This document shows, in pieces, positions 9,668-19,227 of a DNA stretch of 64,000 nucleotides (position 1 is its first letter; every line of letters starts with the position of its first letter). Below the pieces are notes generated by a model. The model did not search any database. It worked only from the letters and a program-made list of their open reading frames with translations, and had not been told where the DNA came from. The position numbers and the translations under genes are program-made. This stretch comes from an uncultured Chlamydiae bacterium. Its GTDB lineage: Bacteria > Chlamydiota > Chlamydiia > Chlamydiales > SM23-39. The stretch covers positions 256,001 through 320,000 of the forward strand of contig CAWHDP010000001.1 in NCBI GenBank assembly GCA_963828125.1, given 5' to 3'.

Positions 9668-11683
9668 ATGTTAGCAGCTGTAAATGAAAAAGCCGCTGGA
9701 GGGAACCAAGCGGCTGACTCTCGAGAAAAAATCGAAAATTTAGACCTAGATTGTAATGAAAATCTCAATTTTCCGAAACCTGTTTCTAGAGAAGATTCGA
9801 AACAGAAAATGGAATATTTAATCATTCCTAAGACACTGACAGCAAAGAATCAAATAGAAGTGTTCCTTAAGACCGAAAAGAAAAATCTATCGCTCACTTG
9901 GCGAGGGGCAAAGAAATCGTTAAGCGGAGAGTGGCCAAAATCGGAGACGCCTTATTTTAGCATTCAGGAGAGCAGAAAAGTAGACCTACTGAAACTCCTC
10001 AAGAAGGTAAAGATTCCTATAGACGAGATTGAATTGCGCGAATTCATTCCGCCTCCTGAGATCCCAAAATATTTGAAGAAAGCGAATCGAATACAAGAGG
10101 CTGGAAATCAATATAATAAGGCTTTGCAGGAGATCGAATTTAAAGAAGCAGAAGAATTAGAAAATGCTAAGTCTGTGTTTATTACAGAAGATATTTCGGC
10201 CACTGAATATTTGCAGCGTATTGGAGAAATTAAAAATCGATATGCGCCTCAAAAGCAACATTTCCTGGATCTTGCAAATCGGAACTATGAAGCCGCCAAT
10301 GTGGTGCATGAGCAAGGAGAAGAAAGCTTAAAAGCGGGAAACGAAGAGCCAGTAGATCAAAATCAAATTGTTGCAGCATTCAATCAATCATTCGCGATCA
10401 TTGAGGTCCCCCAATTTGGCATTATAGAGTTTGGGAAAGACAAAATTTGGATCCACAAGAAGCGAGATATTTTGGATCGCTTTCAGAATCAGAAAGTCAT
10501 CACTGGTTATATAATCATGGACAATGGGGATTCAAAGGCGATTCATAAAACGAAAGCTGAAATCTGGCTAAGTGCTCTGGATCGAAATACTTATTATACG
10601 ATTGATTTCCGACCGGATCAGTCACCAGGTGAATTTATCGAAAATGGGAAACGGATCTACAACTCTTGGGTAGGTCTTTGTGTCAAACCTAAGAAAGGGA
10701 ACTGTGAATTGTTTAAGAGGCATATGCTAGAGATCATTTGCGCAGGGGATAGGGTTAATTTTGATTACTTATGGAGACTTGTTTCCAATTGGGTTCAGCG
10801 CCCCTGGGAACGCACATGCTCCCCTGTATTTAGAGGGGCTCAGGGAATAGGAAAAGGGGCCTTTACAGAAACGATTGGGAAAATATTTGGCCCTACTTAC
10901 TTTCTTACCAACGAGCATGAGCAGGTTTTTGGAAGGTTCAATGCCGCTATTATGGGGAAAGTACTCCTCCATCTCGATGAAGCGCTTGTTGATGGGGGGC
11001 GTCGATTCATAGGGAAGGTTAAGGGAATCATTACCGGACCTCAGTTTCCAATTGAGATGAAAGGTAGAGATCCAATCTCCATGAATAACCCGAGAAAAAT
11101 GATGATCTCTTCGAATGAGTCTTTCGCTATTCCGGTTGATGCTGATGATCGCAGATTTCTTTTTTTGGATGTGGCTCCCCGTCGGGCTAGAGATATCGAA
11201 TACTTTAAAAATTTATTCCATGAGATCAATAACGGAGGCGTAGAAGCTCTTTTGTACGACTTATTGAATACCGATTTGAAGGGATTTGATCCGATGCAGC
11301 TTCCTCGAGGAGGGCAAAAGTTTGGTTTTGATAATAAAATTGCATCGGCGGGATCATTTCATAAATTCCTTTTCCAGGCTTTCTCTGAAGGAACGTTTAA
11401 CCTTGGAGCTATGGCAGGAAAATGGACGACTGAAATTCGAACAGATCTTCTGTATGATCATTATCTCGATTTTTGCGATCCAAGAAAACTGAGTCCCGTT
11501 ATGGAGGAGGCAGTGGGACGAGAGCTTCAAAAAATGCTCGGGAAGACTGGATTTTCAAAAACAAGAAGAAGATTCGATGGAGGTCCAAAATACGTGTATG
11601 TAGTTCCGGATTTGACAAAATGTAAAGAGGCGTTTGCGGAGGCGTATAAGACAACCTCAACCAATATTTTTTGTGAGGACTGA
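9668..11683 (+). CDS. Primase-associated SF3-type helicase (DUF5906/NrS-1-like C-terminal domain)
   Basis: Walker A GAQGIGKG, Walker B LHLDEA, FNAAI, IEMKG, SN...DDRRF motifs. Confidence 0.8.
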   Translation: MLAAVNEKAAGGNQAADSREKIENLDLDCNENLNFPKPVSREDSKQKMEYLIIPKTLTAKNQIEVFLKTEKKNLSLTWRGAKKSLSGEWPKSETPYFSIQESRKVDLLKLLKKVKIPIDEIELREFIPPPEIPKYLKKANRIQEAGNQYNKALQEIEFKEAEELENAKSVFITEDISATEYLQRIGEIKNRYAPQKQHFLDLANRNYEAANVVHEQGEESLKAGNEEPVDQNQIVAAFNQSFAIIEVPQFGIIEFGKDKIWIHKKRDILDRFQNQKVITGYIIMDNGDSKAIHKTKAEIWLSALDRNTYYTIDFRPDQSPGEFIENGKRIYNSWVGLCVKPKKGNCELFKRHMLEIICAGDRVNFDYLWRLVSNWVQRPWERTCSPVFRGAQGIGKGAFTETIGKIFGPTYFLTNEHEQVFGRFNAAIMGKVLLHLDEALVDGGRRFIGKVKGIITGPQFPIEMKGRDPISMNNPRKMMISSNESFAIPVDADDRRFLFLDVAPRRARDIEYFKNLFHEINNGGVEALLYDLLNTDLKGFDPMQLPRGGQKFGFDNKIASAGSFHKFLFQAFSEGTFNLGAMAGKWTTEIRTDLLYDHYLDFCDPRKLSPVMEEAVGRELQKMLGKTGFSKTRRRFDGGPKYVYVVPDLTKCKEAFAEAYKTTSTNIFCED

Positions 11684-11725
11684 AATGCCGTTATTTCAGA
11701 ACGATATGACAGTTCTTACTGAACG

Positions 11726-11946
11726 AGGAACAGTAATTGTGATCAGGAACACTTAAGTCACTGATATTAAGGTGCTGTTCTTGGTGTTCCTGGACAAATA
11801 CATGTAAAATGGATTTAGCGATATCGAGGCGTGTTTAAAACCAAATAAGGGTTTGAAAACTGTCTAGGAACACCAAGATCAAGGATTGGTTATTAACACT
11901 TAAGAAAATCTGTATCGGGGAACATCGCTGTTAGGAACTAGGAACA
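11726..11946. repeat. Iteron-like GGAAC(A) cluster, putative replication origin of module 1
   Basis: About 7 GGAAC copies in both orientations, including an inverted pair at 11776-11791 / 11866-11880, just downstream of the helicase. Confidence 0.5.
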
Positions 11947-11988
11947 GCCGATAGGATCTGGACTATCTTTTGTAGAGTGGGGTTTTTT

Positions 11989-12414
11989 ATGAAAAGCACG
12001 TCAGAAAAACAAAAGTTTATTGAATTGAGAGCAAGAGGTTTGTCGTTTGATAAAATCTCCCAAGAACTCGGCATTTCCAAACCGACTTTGCTGAAGTGGA
12101 GTCAGGATTATGGCAAGGAAATCGCTAACTTGCTCTATTTTCAATTTGAATCAACGCTCACGCAGTTTCGTCTAGAGAAGCGTGCCAGGATTGAATCGAT
12201 GGCGACCATTTTAGCTAAGGCGATAGAGGAGTTGAAATCGAGATCCTTCGAGGAGCTTAGCGCAAAAGAGCTCATGAGCATTGTAGGGTATGCTAGCGAA
12301 AAATTGGAGACAGAGTTTTCCCGAGTGCGATACATCACAGATGAATGCATAGATCCGATGGATAGGATAGAGGATGAAGTCCTTGCCCCTAAAACTTTAC
12401 CATTTCCTTACTAA
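11989..12414 (+). CDS. Helix-turn-helix protein (paralog of 31373-31795)
   Basis: ELRARGLSFDKISQELGISKPTLLKW HTH; shared C-terminal LAPKTLPFPY. Confidence 0.8.
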   Translation: MKSTSEKQKFIELRARGLSFDKISQELGISKPTLLKWSQDYGKEIANLLYFQFESTLTQFRLEKRARIESMATILAKAIEELKSRSFEELSAKELMSIVGYASEKLETEFSRVRYITDECIDPMDRIEDEVLAPKTLPFPY

Positions 12415-12607
12415 AATTTTCCCAATCCAGGTTCATTTTTTGGCTGCACCAATATTTTCCCTCAAATGTAAACATTCCTCCTAGCAAGACGCGCTCAACA
12501 TAAGCTGAATAAAAAACCGTCGGAACGTCAGGCTGTTAAATTGATGTAGCTGTTTGACTTTTTTGAAAATCAATGGCATCCTAGCGGATTAAAATCTGGG
12601 AACAGCC

Positions 12608-12802
12608 ATGCCAAAGAAAGAAACAGAAACTTCCAAAAAAGCCAAGACGACAGTCTACATGACGGAAGAGGAAGAGGTTTTTCTGACTGAATTATTCATT
12701 AAAAGGCTCCGAGAACGTCGGAAAACTGATAAATCAGCTCTTCTATGTGAGGGAATCCGTTTGTTATTTGAAAAGGAAATAGGGAGCATGACTAATGTCT
12801 AA
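12608..12802 (+). CDS. Small ribbon-helix-helix-like protein
   Basis: KTTVYMT strand followed by two helices; near-identical paralog at 46325-46522. Confidence 0.65.
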   Translation: MPKKETETSKKAKTTVYMTEEEEVFLTELFIKRLRERRKTDKSALLCEGIRLLFEKEIGSMTNV

Positions 12803-13853
12803 GAAGCCCGAAAGCATATTGAATGAGCCAGCTGTCCACGGCGATTCCTCTAGTGAATACACTTCAACCTTACAGACAATTGTCAGTAAGATAGAGGTTG
12901 CTCAAACAAGAGCGATAAAGGCCGTAAACGTCGAATTGGTCTCGATTTATAGAGATATCGGCCAGATCATCCATGAAAAACAAGAGACCGCGGGTTGGGG
13001 AGCATCCATCGTGGAGCGGCTCGCAACTGATTTAAGAAATTTCTTTCCAAAAACCAAGGGGTTCTCCTCTCGTAACTTATGGATTATGAGAGACTTATAC
13101 GTTTCCTATCGGGATCATGAAAAACTGCAGACACTGTCTGCAGAAATTAGCTGGTCTCACAATGTGGCTATCTTATCGAAATGCCAAGATCGCCTAGAAC
13201 GAGAGTTTTATATACGCATGTCCAAGAGGAATGCTTGGAGTTATCGCGCCCTTTTGAACTACATAGAGAGTAAAACGTATGAAAGGACGATGGCCAGCCA
13301 AGAAAATTTTGAGGCCAACCTTCCAAAAAAAATGACTCCTGAAGCCAAATTGGCAATGAAGGACGAATATTCGTTTGATTTTTTAGAGCTTGGAGAGGAA
13401 CACACGGAACGTGAGCTGGAGCGTGCGGTTGGCAAGAACATAGAATTGTTTTTGCGAGAGGTTGGTAATGCCTACACCTTCGTAGGATCTCAATATCGTC
13501 TTGAAATAGATGGGCAAGAATTTTTTATCGACCTTCTCCTATATCACCGCAAGCTTAAATCATTAGTAGCGATTGAGTTGAAAGTGGGCCCCTTTATTCC
13601 CGAACATGTTGGGAAAATGCAATTTTATCTGGCCGTGCTCAATGACACTGTCCGCCTTGCTGATGAAAACCCATCGATTGGGATCATCCTATGCAGAGAA
13701 AAAAGCAGACTGATTGTTGAGTATGCTCTTAAAGACAGCAATAAACCCATTAACGTCGCTGCCTACAAAACTGTAACGACTTTGCCGAAAGAGTTTAAGG
13801 ATGAGCTACCGTCGCCGGATCAAATAGCACTTTTACTCGAACACATCAATTAA
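12795..13853 (+). CDS. YhcG/DUF1016 PDDEXK nuclease family protein
   Basis: GFSSRNL..MR, ISWSH, KDEYSFDFL, FIDLLLYHRKL...IELK, GKMQFYL, IGIILC motifs. Confidence 0.92.
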   Translation: MSKKPESILNEPAVHGDSSSEYTSTLQTIVSKIEVAQTRAIKAVNVELVSIYRDIGQIIHEKQETAGWGASIVERLATDLRNFFPKTKGFSSRNLWIMRDLYVSYRDHEKLQTLSAEISWSHNVAILSKCQDRLEREFYIRMSKRNAWSYRALLNYIESKTYERTMASQENFEANLPKKMTPEAKLAMKDEYSFDFLELGEEHTERELERAVGKNIELFLREVGNAYTFVGSQYRLEIDGQEFFIDLLLYHRKLKSLVAIELKVGPFIPEHVGKMQFYLAVLNDTVRLADENPSIGIILCREKSRLIVEYALKDSNKPINVAAYKTVTTLPKEFKDELPSPDQIALLLEHIN

Positions 13854-13869
13854 CAGAAGACTTTCGATT

Positions 13870-15069
13870 ATGTTTGAATCAATTGTTGTAACCGCAAGAA
13901 ATTCTTTCGAATATTCCAAGCCTTTGGATATTGGTTCTTTAGTCGAAAGTATGTTTTTTTATGGAAAAAGTACACTCGTGGCTAACTACGTGATGCTCGA
14001 TCAGCTGTATCAATATTTTGGTGGGGAATATCTATACAGATTGCTGAGCGAAGAATTTCTAAATATTGTTTATTTGGAGTCGACAGTAGGCATTCGAACT
14101 GATAAACAAAACGAAATAGACTATCACAATATTATCCAGTTTAATTCACCTCAACACCAGTTCCAAGATAAATTGAGAGAACTCTGCATTAGCGCGAGCG
14201 GGAAAAAGGGCGCTGCACGAAGGCTTGCTCAGAGACTTGAAAGATATATTAGCGTGAGCAGGGAGACGCCTAAAGTATTAGAAGGGGCAAAAGAATCCAT
14301 TCTCAATCAAAGATACACGGAGTCTTCTGCTAGAATAATTCTTAAGGAATTAGTCCCAAATTTAGAATTAAATGAAATAGGCATTTTTAAGACTCATCAA
14401 GAAAGAGATGGGATCGTTTTAGAGACAGATATCAATTTTTCCAAGGTGAATGAAGTATATCATCAAAGAGTGTCTCCGTCTGACTCAACGATTACCCCTG
14501 CATTTATCCTTGCCCATATACTCAAACTTGAAGAGGAGTTGTTTTTTGCCTCTTCACATTTATCGGAATTGTGTTGCAGCGACTTAAGCTCTCAGTTGGG
14601 TATGAATAAAATTGATTACCTAATGGAAAGGAGCGCTAAGAGTAGCCGGAACCTTCAGAATTTTAACGAGATTGTTTTCAACGATGTGAAGACCATCCGA
14701 GAAGCAGTGAATGCAAATCAAGTCGATTTAGCGGATTTATTTAAAGCGCTTGAGCAATCACGAAAGTTTAAAAAGTGGCTTCATGGTCTGCCTCCTGATG
14801 CGCATTTATTCAAAAGCTATCATGAAGAAATTACGCGTGAATCTTTCCTTCAAAAACTCCCTGGCAAAGCCATCCGCTATTCCGTTTTTGCGAGCCTTGG
14901 GTTATTAGCCGATGCGTGCCTTCCGAAAACTAAAGCAGTTCTAACAGCTCTATCTCTTGGTGCATTTGATACATTTTTTCTCGATAGATTTGCTCTGGGG
15001 TGGAAACCCAATCAATACGTTGAGGGGAGTTTGAGAAAATTGGTTAGGGAAAAAGAGAGTAAACGTTGA
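13870..15069 (+). CDS. Hypothetical protein (399 aa)
   Basis: Long AT-rich ORF in the cargo operon; no motif recognised. Confidence 0.7.
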   Translation: MFESIVVTARNSFEYSKPLDIGSLVESMFFYGKSTLVANYVMLDQLYQYFGGEYLYRLLSEEFLNIVYLESTVGIRTDKQNEIDYHNIIQFNSPQHQFQDKLRELCISASGKKGAARRLAQRLERYISVSRETPKVLEGAKESILNQRYTESSARIILKELVPNLELNEIGIFKTHQERDGIVLETDINFSKVNEVYHQRVSPSDSTITPAFILAHILKLEEELFFASSHLSELCCSDLSSQLGMNKIDYLMERSAKSSRNLQNFNEIVFNDVKTIREAVNANQVDLADLFKALEQSRKFKKWLHGLPPDAHLFKSYHEEITRESFLQKLPGKAIRYSVFASLGLLADACLPKTKAVLTALSLGAFDTFFLDRFALGWKPNQYVEGSLRKLVREKESKR

Positions 15070-16470
15070 ATGAAAAAATACGTCTTTAAGTCCTACAGCA
15101 AGATTTTCCCTGAACTCTTTCTTAGAGAAAAAGAAAGGATTTCCTCTCGTGTAAAAACGGCTTTGGCTATTGAGCATATTGGAAGCACATCAGTTCCTAA
15201 TTTAGGCGGGAAAGGGATCATTGATATTGCTATTGCCGTTCATAGACAAGACATGGATTCAGTATCAGAGCAGCTTCAAAGTTTAGGTTATGAATTCAGA
15301 CCCACTTTCAGTACTCCCGATCGATTCTATTATATTATCTATTTACCTGATCCTGAAGAGGGGGAAAGAAGGTATCACGTCCATTTGACATATCCAGAAA
15401 ATAGCGAATGGGGACAGTTTATTGGCTTTAGGGACTACTTGAGAAATCATCCAGATGAAGTTGAGGAATATGCTGCGATGAAAAAGCAGGCTGCGGAAGA
15501 AGCAAATCATGAAGGCGAGCGCTATCGAAAAATCAAAGAACCTATGTTCAAAAAAATCAGGTCCTTAATGGCTCAGGATCAGGAAGGTAAGCGGTTACTC
15601 GTAGAGGAAGACTTCGTACGCCGTTTAGTGGCTACTCAGTTTCCTCAGTGGAAAGATCTTCCGATCAAAGCGGTCTCCGTCAGCGGATGGGATAATAGGA
15701 CGTTTCATCTGGGCGATCACATGCTTATTCGCATGCCAAGCGCGGCAGAATATGCGCTTCAAGTAGAAAAGGAGCAGCATTGGCTGCCGAAGCTGGCCCC
15801 CTTTTTGCCTCTGCCAATTCCAATGCCTTTAGCGGTTGGAGAGCCAATGGATGGCTATCCTTGGAAATGGTCGGTTTATGGTTGGTTGGCGGGTGAGACG
15901 GCCGCCTCGGGGCATATAGCAGATCTGTGTAAATTTGCAGTTGATCTTGCGAAATTCCTCAAGGCTTTCCAATCCATTGACTCGACAGGTGGGCCTTTGC
16001 CTGGTCTTCACAGCTTTTATCGCGGAGGGTCATTGATGACCTATGATGCAGAAGTCAGACAGGCCCTCGCCACTCTCGAGGGAAAGATCAATGTTAGGGC
16101 TGCGACCCAAGTCTGGGATACGGCTCTTGAGACTGCTTGGAACGGAAAGCCTGTGTGGGTTCATGGCGACATCAGTGCTGGCAATCTATTAGTTCAAAAG
16201 GGGTTCCTCTCTGCTGTAATCGATTTCGGACAGCTGGCTGTTGGTGACCCAGCTTGTGATTTGGTGATTACCTGGACATTTTTCAATGGGGAAAGTAGGA
16301 AGGTTTTTCAGGATGAGCTTCTACTCGACGAGGGAACATGGGCCAGAGGGCGTGCTTGGACACTTTGGAAATCCCTGGTTGTCGCTGCTGGCTATACGAA
16401 TCCAAATAACTTCGAATCTGTGCGATGTTGGGATATTATAAAAGAAGTGCTGGAAGAAAAAAATGATTGA
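15070..16470 (+). CDS. GrpB (UPF0157) domain fused to an aminoglycoside phosphotransferase-like kinase
   Basis: IEHIGSTSVPNLGGKGIIDI...FRDYLR; then GWDNRTF, HGDISAGN, IDFG...GDPACDL. Confidence 0.88.
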   Translation: MKKYVFKSYSKIFPELFLREKERISSRVKTALAIEHIGSTSVPNLGGKGIIDIAIAVHRQDMDSVSEQLQSLGYEFRPTFSTPDRFYYIIYLPDPEEGERRYHVHLTYPENSEWGQFIGFRDYLRNHPDEVEEYAAMKKQAAEEANHEGERYRKIKEPMFKKIRSLMAQDQEGKRLLVEEDFVRRLVATQFPQWKDLPIKAVSVSGWDNRTFHLGDHMLIRMPSAAEYALQVEKEQHWLPKLAPFLPLPIPMPLAVGEPMDGYPWKWSVYGWLAGETAASGHIADLCKFAVDLAKFLKAFQSIDSTGGPLPGLHSFYRGGSLMTYDAEVRQALATLEGKINVRAATQVWDTALETAWNGKPVWVHGDISAGNLLVQKGFLSAVIDFGQLAVGDPACDLVITWTFFNGESRKVFQDELLLDEGTWARGRAWTLWKSLVVAAGYTNPNNFESVRCWDIIKEVLEEKND

Positions 16471-16504
16471 GAATCCATACTATTCTGAAAAATAAGAGAA
16501 TCGA

Positions 16505-17359
16505 ATGAAACACACTGACTATATCGAAGTTGACGGCTTTAAATTCCGATACCTCACAGAAGGACATGGCCCTGACACACTGGTTATCGGTAGCTCCCTC
16601 TATTACTCGCGTAGCTTTTCTCAAAATCTCCGAAAGTCTTTGCGATTGCATTTCATTGATCATCGCGGGTTTGCAGAGCCCCCTACTCATGGAATCAATG
16701 AGGTATCATCTTTTGATGTGCTTCTAGATGATATCGAACAAATAAGACAAAAACTCTCTCTGAAAAAATGTATCGTCATTGGACATTCCGCCAATGGTCG
16801 ATTGGCTCTTGAATACGCCAAAAAATATAAAGAACATGTGTCTCATGTTGTGATGATTGGTACGCCACCAAATATGGGGCTAGACAATCTTGCAATGGCC
16901 GCGTGTAATTGGGATGAATCAGTTTGGCCAGAAAGAAAAGCCGCGTTTGAGCAAAACATGAAGATTTTCTCAAATGAAGAGCTCGGCAAGCTGCCTCGGG
17001 ATCAGCAATTCTCTAAAATGAACGCTCGCAATGCTCCCAAAAACTGGTACGACTATTGTTTTGACTCAAGCTTCCTTTGGCAGGGGGTAAAACCCAATAT
17101 CAAGATCCTTGATCAAATACATCTTCAATTTGGACGTGAGATTGATATTTCAAAAGAGCTAGAGTCGCTGGATTGTCCTGTCATGGTAGTCTATGGTCGT
17201 TTTGATTTTGCTGTTCCACCAGTACAATCTTGGGATTCTTTCCGTTCCAAGTTCAAGGATCTAACCGTCCGTATTTTTGAAAGAAGCGCTCATAGTCCTC
17301 ACTATGAGGAAGCGAGCCTTTTCGATGAGGAGTTACTAAAATGGGTAAGGAGAACATGA
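16505..17359 (+). CDS. Alpha/beta fold hydrolase
   Basis: DHRG, GHSANG nucleophile elbow, G.FD, SAHSPH.EE. Confidence 0.88.
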   Translation: MKHTDYIEVDGFKFRYLTEGHGPDTLVIGSSLYYSRSFSQNLRKSLRLHFIDHRGFAEPPTHGINEVSSFDVLLDDIEQIRQKLSLKKCIVIGHSANGRLALEYAKKYKEHVSHVVMIGTPPNMGLDNLAMAACNWDESVWPERKAAFEQNMKIFSNEELGKLPRDQQFSKMNARNAPKNWYDYCFDSSFLWQGVKPNIKILDQIHLQFGREIDISKELESLDCPVMVVYGRFDFAVPPVQSWDSFRSKFKDLTVRIFERSAHSPHYEEASLFDEELLKWVRRT

Positions 17360-18366
17360 GGCATCGATCGATCATTCTGTACATGTTTTTAGTTATCCAT
17401 TGCTTAAGTCTCTATGCAAAAGAAAATGTAATCGACCTAGAAGAGATGTCGCAGGATTATGTTCTTGAAGCTAAACAATTACATATTCCGGGTCATCCTA
17501 CAGCTTGCAATGCTTCCATTGTGCGCTGGCATGATAGGCTTGTTTTAAGTTTTGATGCTTATAGCATCGGAAAAGAGGATCAACCAGATTTGATGGGTCT
17601 TGTCATTTTAGATGAAGGATTTAACGTAATTGGAACTCCTCAAATTCTTGATGTTCCGAAGAATCTTTGGCAAGATGCGCGTCTTATTGTACTCAATGAT
17701 ATTCTCTACTTGGTATTTAATGGGGCTATTGATGGGGGAGTGCGTCGGACATTCATTGCTCAAGCAGATTTTAATGGTATAGAGTTCTCTATAGAGCCTC
17801 CAAAATCACTTTTGCGTTTTCCTGGAGAAAATCCTAATCAATGGGAAAGAAATTGGATACCATTTGCTTATAATAATTCCCTTCTTTTGGCCACCTATCT
17901 TTTGCCTCATCGAGTCCTAAGTTCTTCGATAGGAAGCCAGGATTGTGAAGAAGTGGCTTCATCCAATTTTTCTAGTTCTTGGGTGTGGGGAACTCCAAAA
18001 ACAGGAACAACAGCTCATTTAGATGGGAATCACTATCTTGCGTTCTTCCATTCCATCAAAGTCATGTCTAGTATTCATTCAGAGGGAAAACCGATTCAGC
18101 ATTATTTCATGGGTGCTTATACCTTTGAAAATCACCCACCTTTTAGAATAACAGCAATGAGTCAAGAGCCTATCATCGGTAAACATTTTTATCATGGTCC
18201 AGAATACGCCATGTGCAAACCTTGCCGCGTGGTTTTCCCTTGTGGATTTATTATGAATGAACAGTTCATTTGGATAGTTTTTGGCAGACAAGATCATGAG
18301 ATATGGATGGCAAAGCTTGAGAAAAAGAGACTCTATGACAACATGGAGCAATGCAATGTTGATTAG
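17356..18366 (+). CDS. Exported five-bladed-propeller glycosidase-like protein
   Basis: Signal peptide; NASI, QDARL, ERNWIPF, VVFPCG and GRQD motifs. Confidence 0.6.
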   Translation: MRHRSIILYMFLVIHCLSLYAKENVIDLEEMSQDYVLEAKQLHIPGHPTACNASIVRWHDRLVLSFDAYSIGKEDQPDLMGLVILDEGFNVIGTPQILDVPKNLWQDARLIVLNDILYLVFNGAIDGGVRRTFIAQADFNGIEFSIEPPKSLLRFPGENPNQWERNWIPFAYNNSLLLATYLLPHRVLSSSIGSQDCEEVASSNFSSSWVWGTPKTGTTAHLDGNHYLAFFHSIKVMSSIHSEGKPIQHYFMGAYTFENHPPFRITAMSQEPIIGKHFYHGPEYAMCKPCRVVFPCGFIMNEQFIWIVFGRQDHEIWMAKLEKKRLYDNMEQCNVD

Positions 18367-18433
18367 AATTCATCGCTTTAGATGTTTTTATTTCAATCTA
18401 TATAGCATGTAGTTAAGGGCAGAATAGATCGAT

Positions 18434-18856
18434 ATGACATATAAAATATTAAAAGCAACCTCGCAGGAATTAAAAACCCTAGATCAAGCCATCACTGATT
18501 TCAATATCCAAGTCTCTCCAGAGCTTCCAAGGGCCGAAATTCACAGACTGGACTTTTCTGTTAAAAGTGAAAATGGCGAATTGTTAGGGGGCATACAAGC
18601 TTATTGGGTAAACTGGGGTATCTTACACGTTGAACTCATTTACGTATTCGAAGCCTACCGCCATCAAGGAATTGCCTCTACTCTGTTAAAACATGTAGAG
18701 CAAATTGCAAAACAAAATAAATGTCATTTGGCTCATTTAGATACATTTGATTTTCAGGCACAGGATTTTTACCTTGAACATGGATATTCTGTTTTCGGCG
18801 TTCTAGAGAACGCTCCAAAAGGGCATTCTCGTTATTACATGAAAAAGGAGTTATGA
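18434..18856 (+). CDS. GNAT N-acetyltransferase
   Basis: YRHQGIAS acetyl-CoA motif; LDTFDFQA..FY...GY. Confidence 0.9.
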   Translation: MTYKILKATSQELKTLDQAITDFNIQVSPELPRAEIHRLDFSVKSENGELLGGIQAYWVNWGILHVELIYVFEAYRHQGIASTLLKHVEQIAKQNKCHLAHLDTFDFQAQDFYLEHGYSVFGVLENAPKGHSRYYMKKEL

Positions 18857-19227
18857 TGGAATACGTGAAATATGAAACCGCTCAAAAACATGCAAATTCT
18901 CCTAATTGCATTGTGTACGAATACCCTATGAAAAATTCTGAAATGAATATTGGCGTAGCAGAAATTACTCATAGATATCCAGATGAAGGATACGCCGTTA
19001 ATCATAAGTGTAGCGAGATGGGCTATATTCTAAAAGGGTCAGGAAAACTGATCACCGAAACTGGAGAAGTAAATCTTTCCGTGGGTGATGTGGTTTATGT
19101 TCCTCATGGGGAGAAATATTATTGGGAAGGAAATATGACAGTGATTCTGCCCGCAACACCAGCCTGGTATCCAGAGCAGCATGAAACCGATCTTACTACT
19201 GACAAACTAACGGTTTTGCCTGAATGA
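18853..19227 (+). CDS. Cupin domain protein
   Basis: EMGYILKGSG...GDVVYVPHGEKY. Confidence 0.82.
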   Translation: MMEYVKYETAQKHANSPNCIVYEYPMKNSEMNIGVAEITHRYPDEGYAVNHKCSEMGYILKGSGKLITETGEVNLSVGDVVYVPHGEKYYWEGNMTVILPATPAWYPEQHETDLTTDKLTVLPE

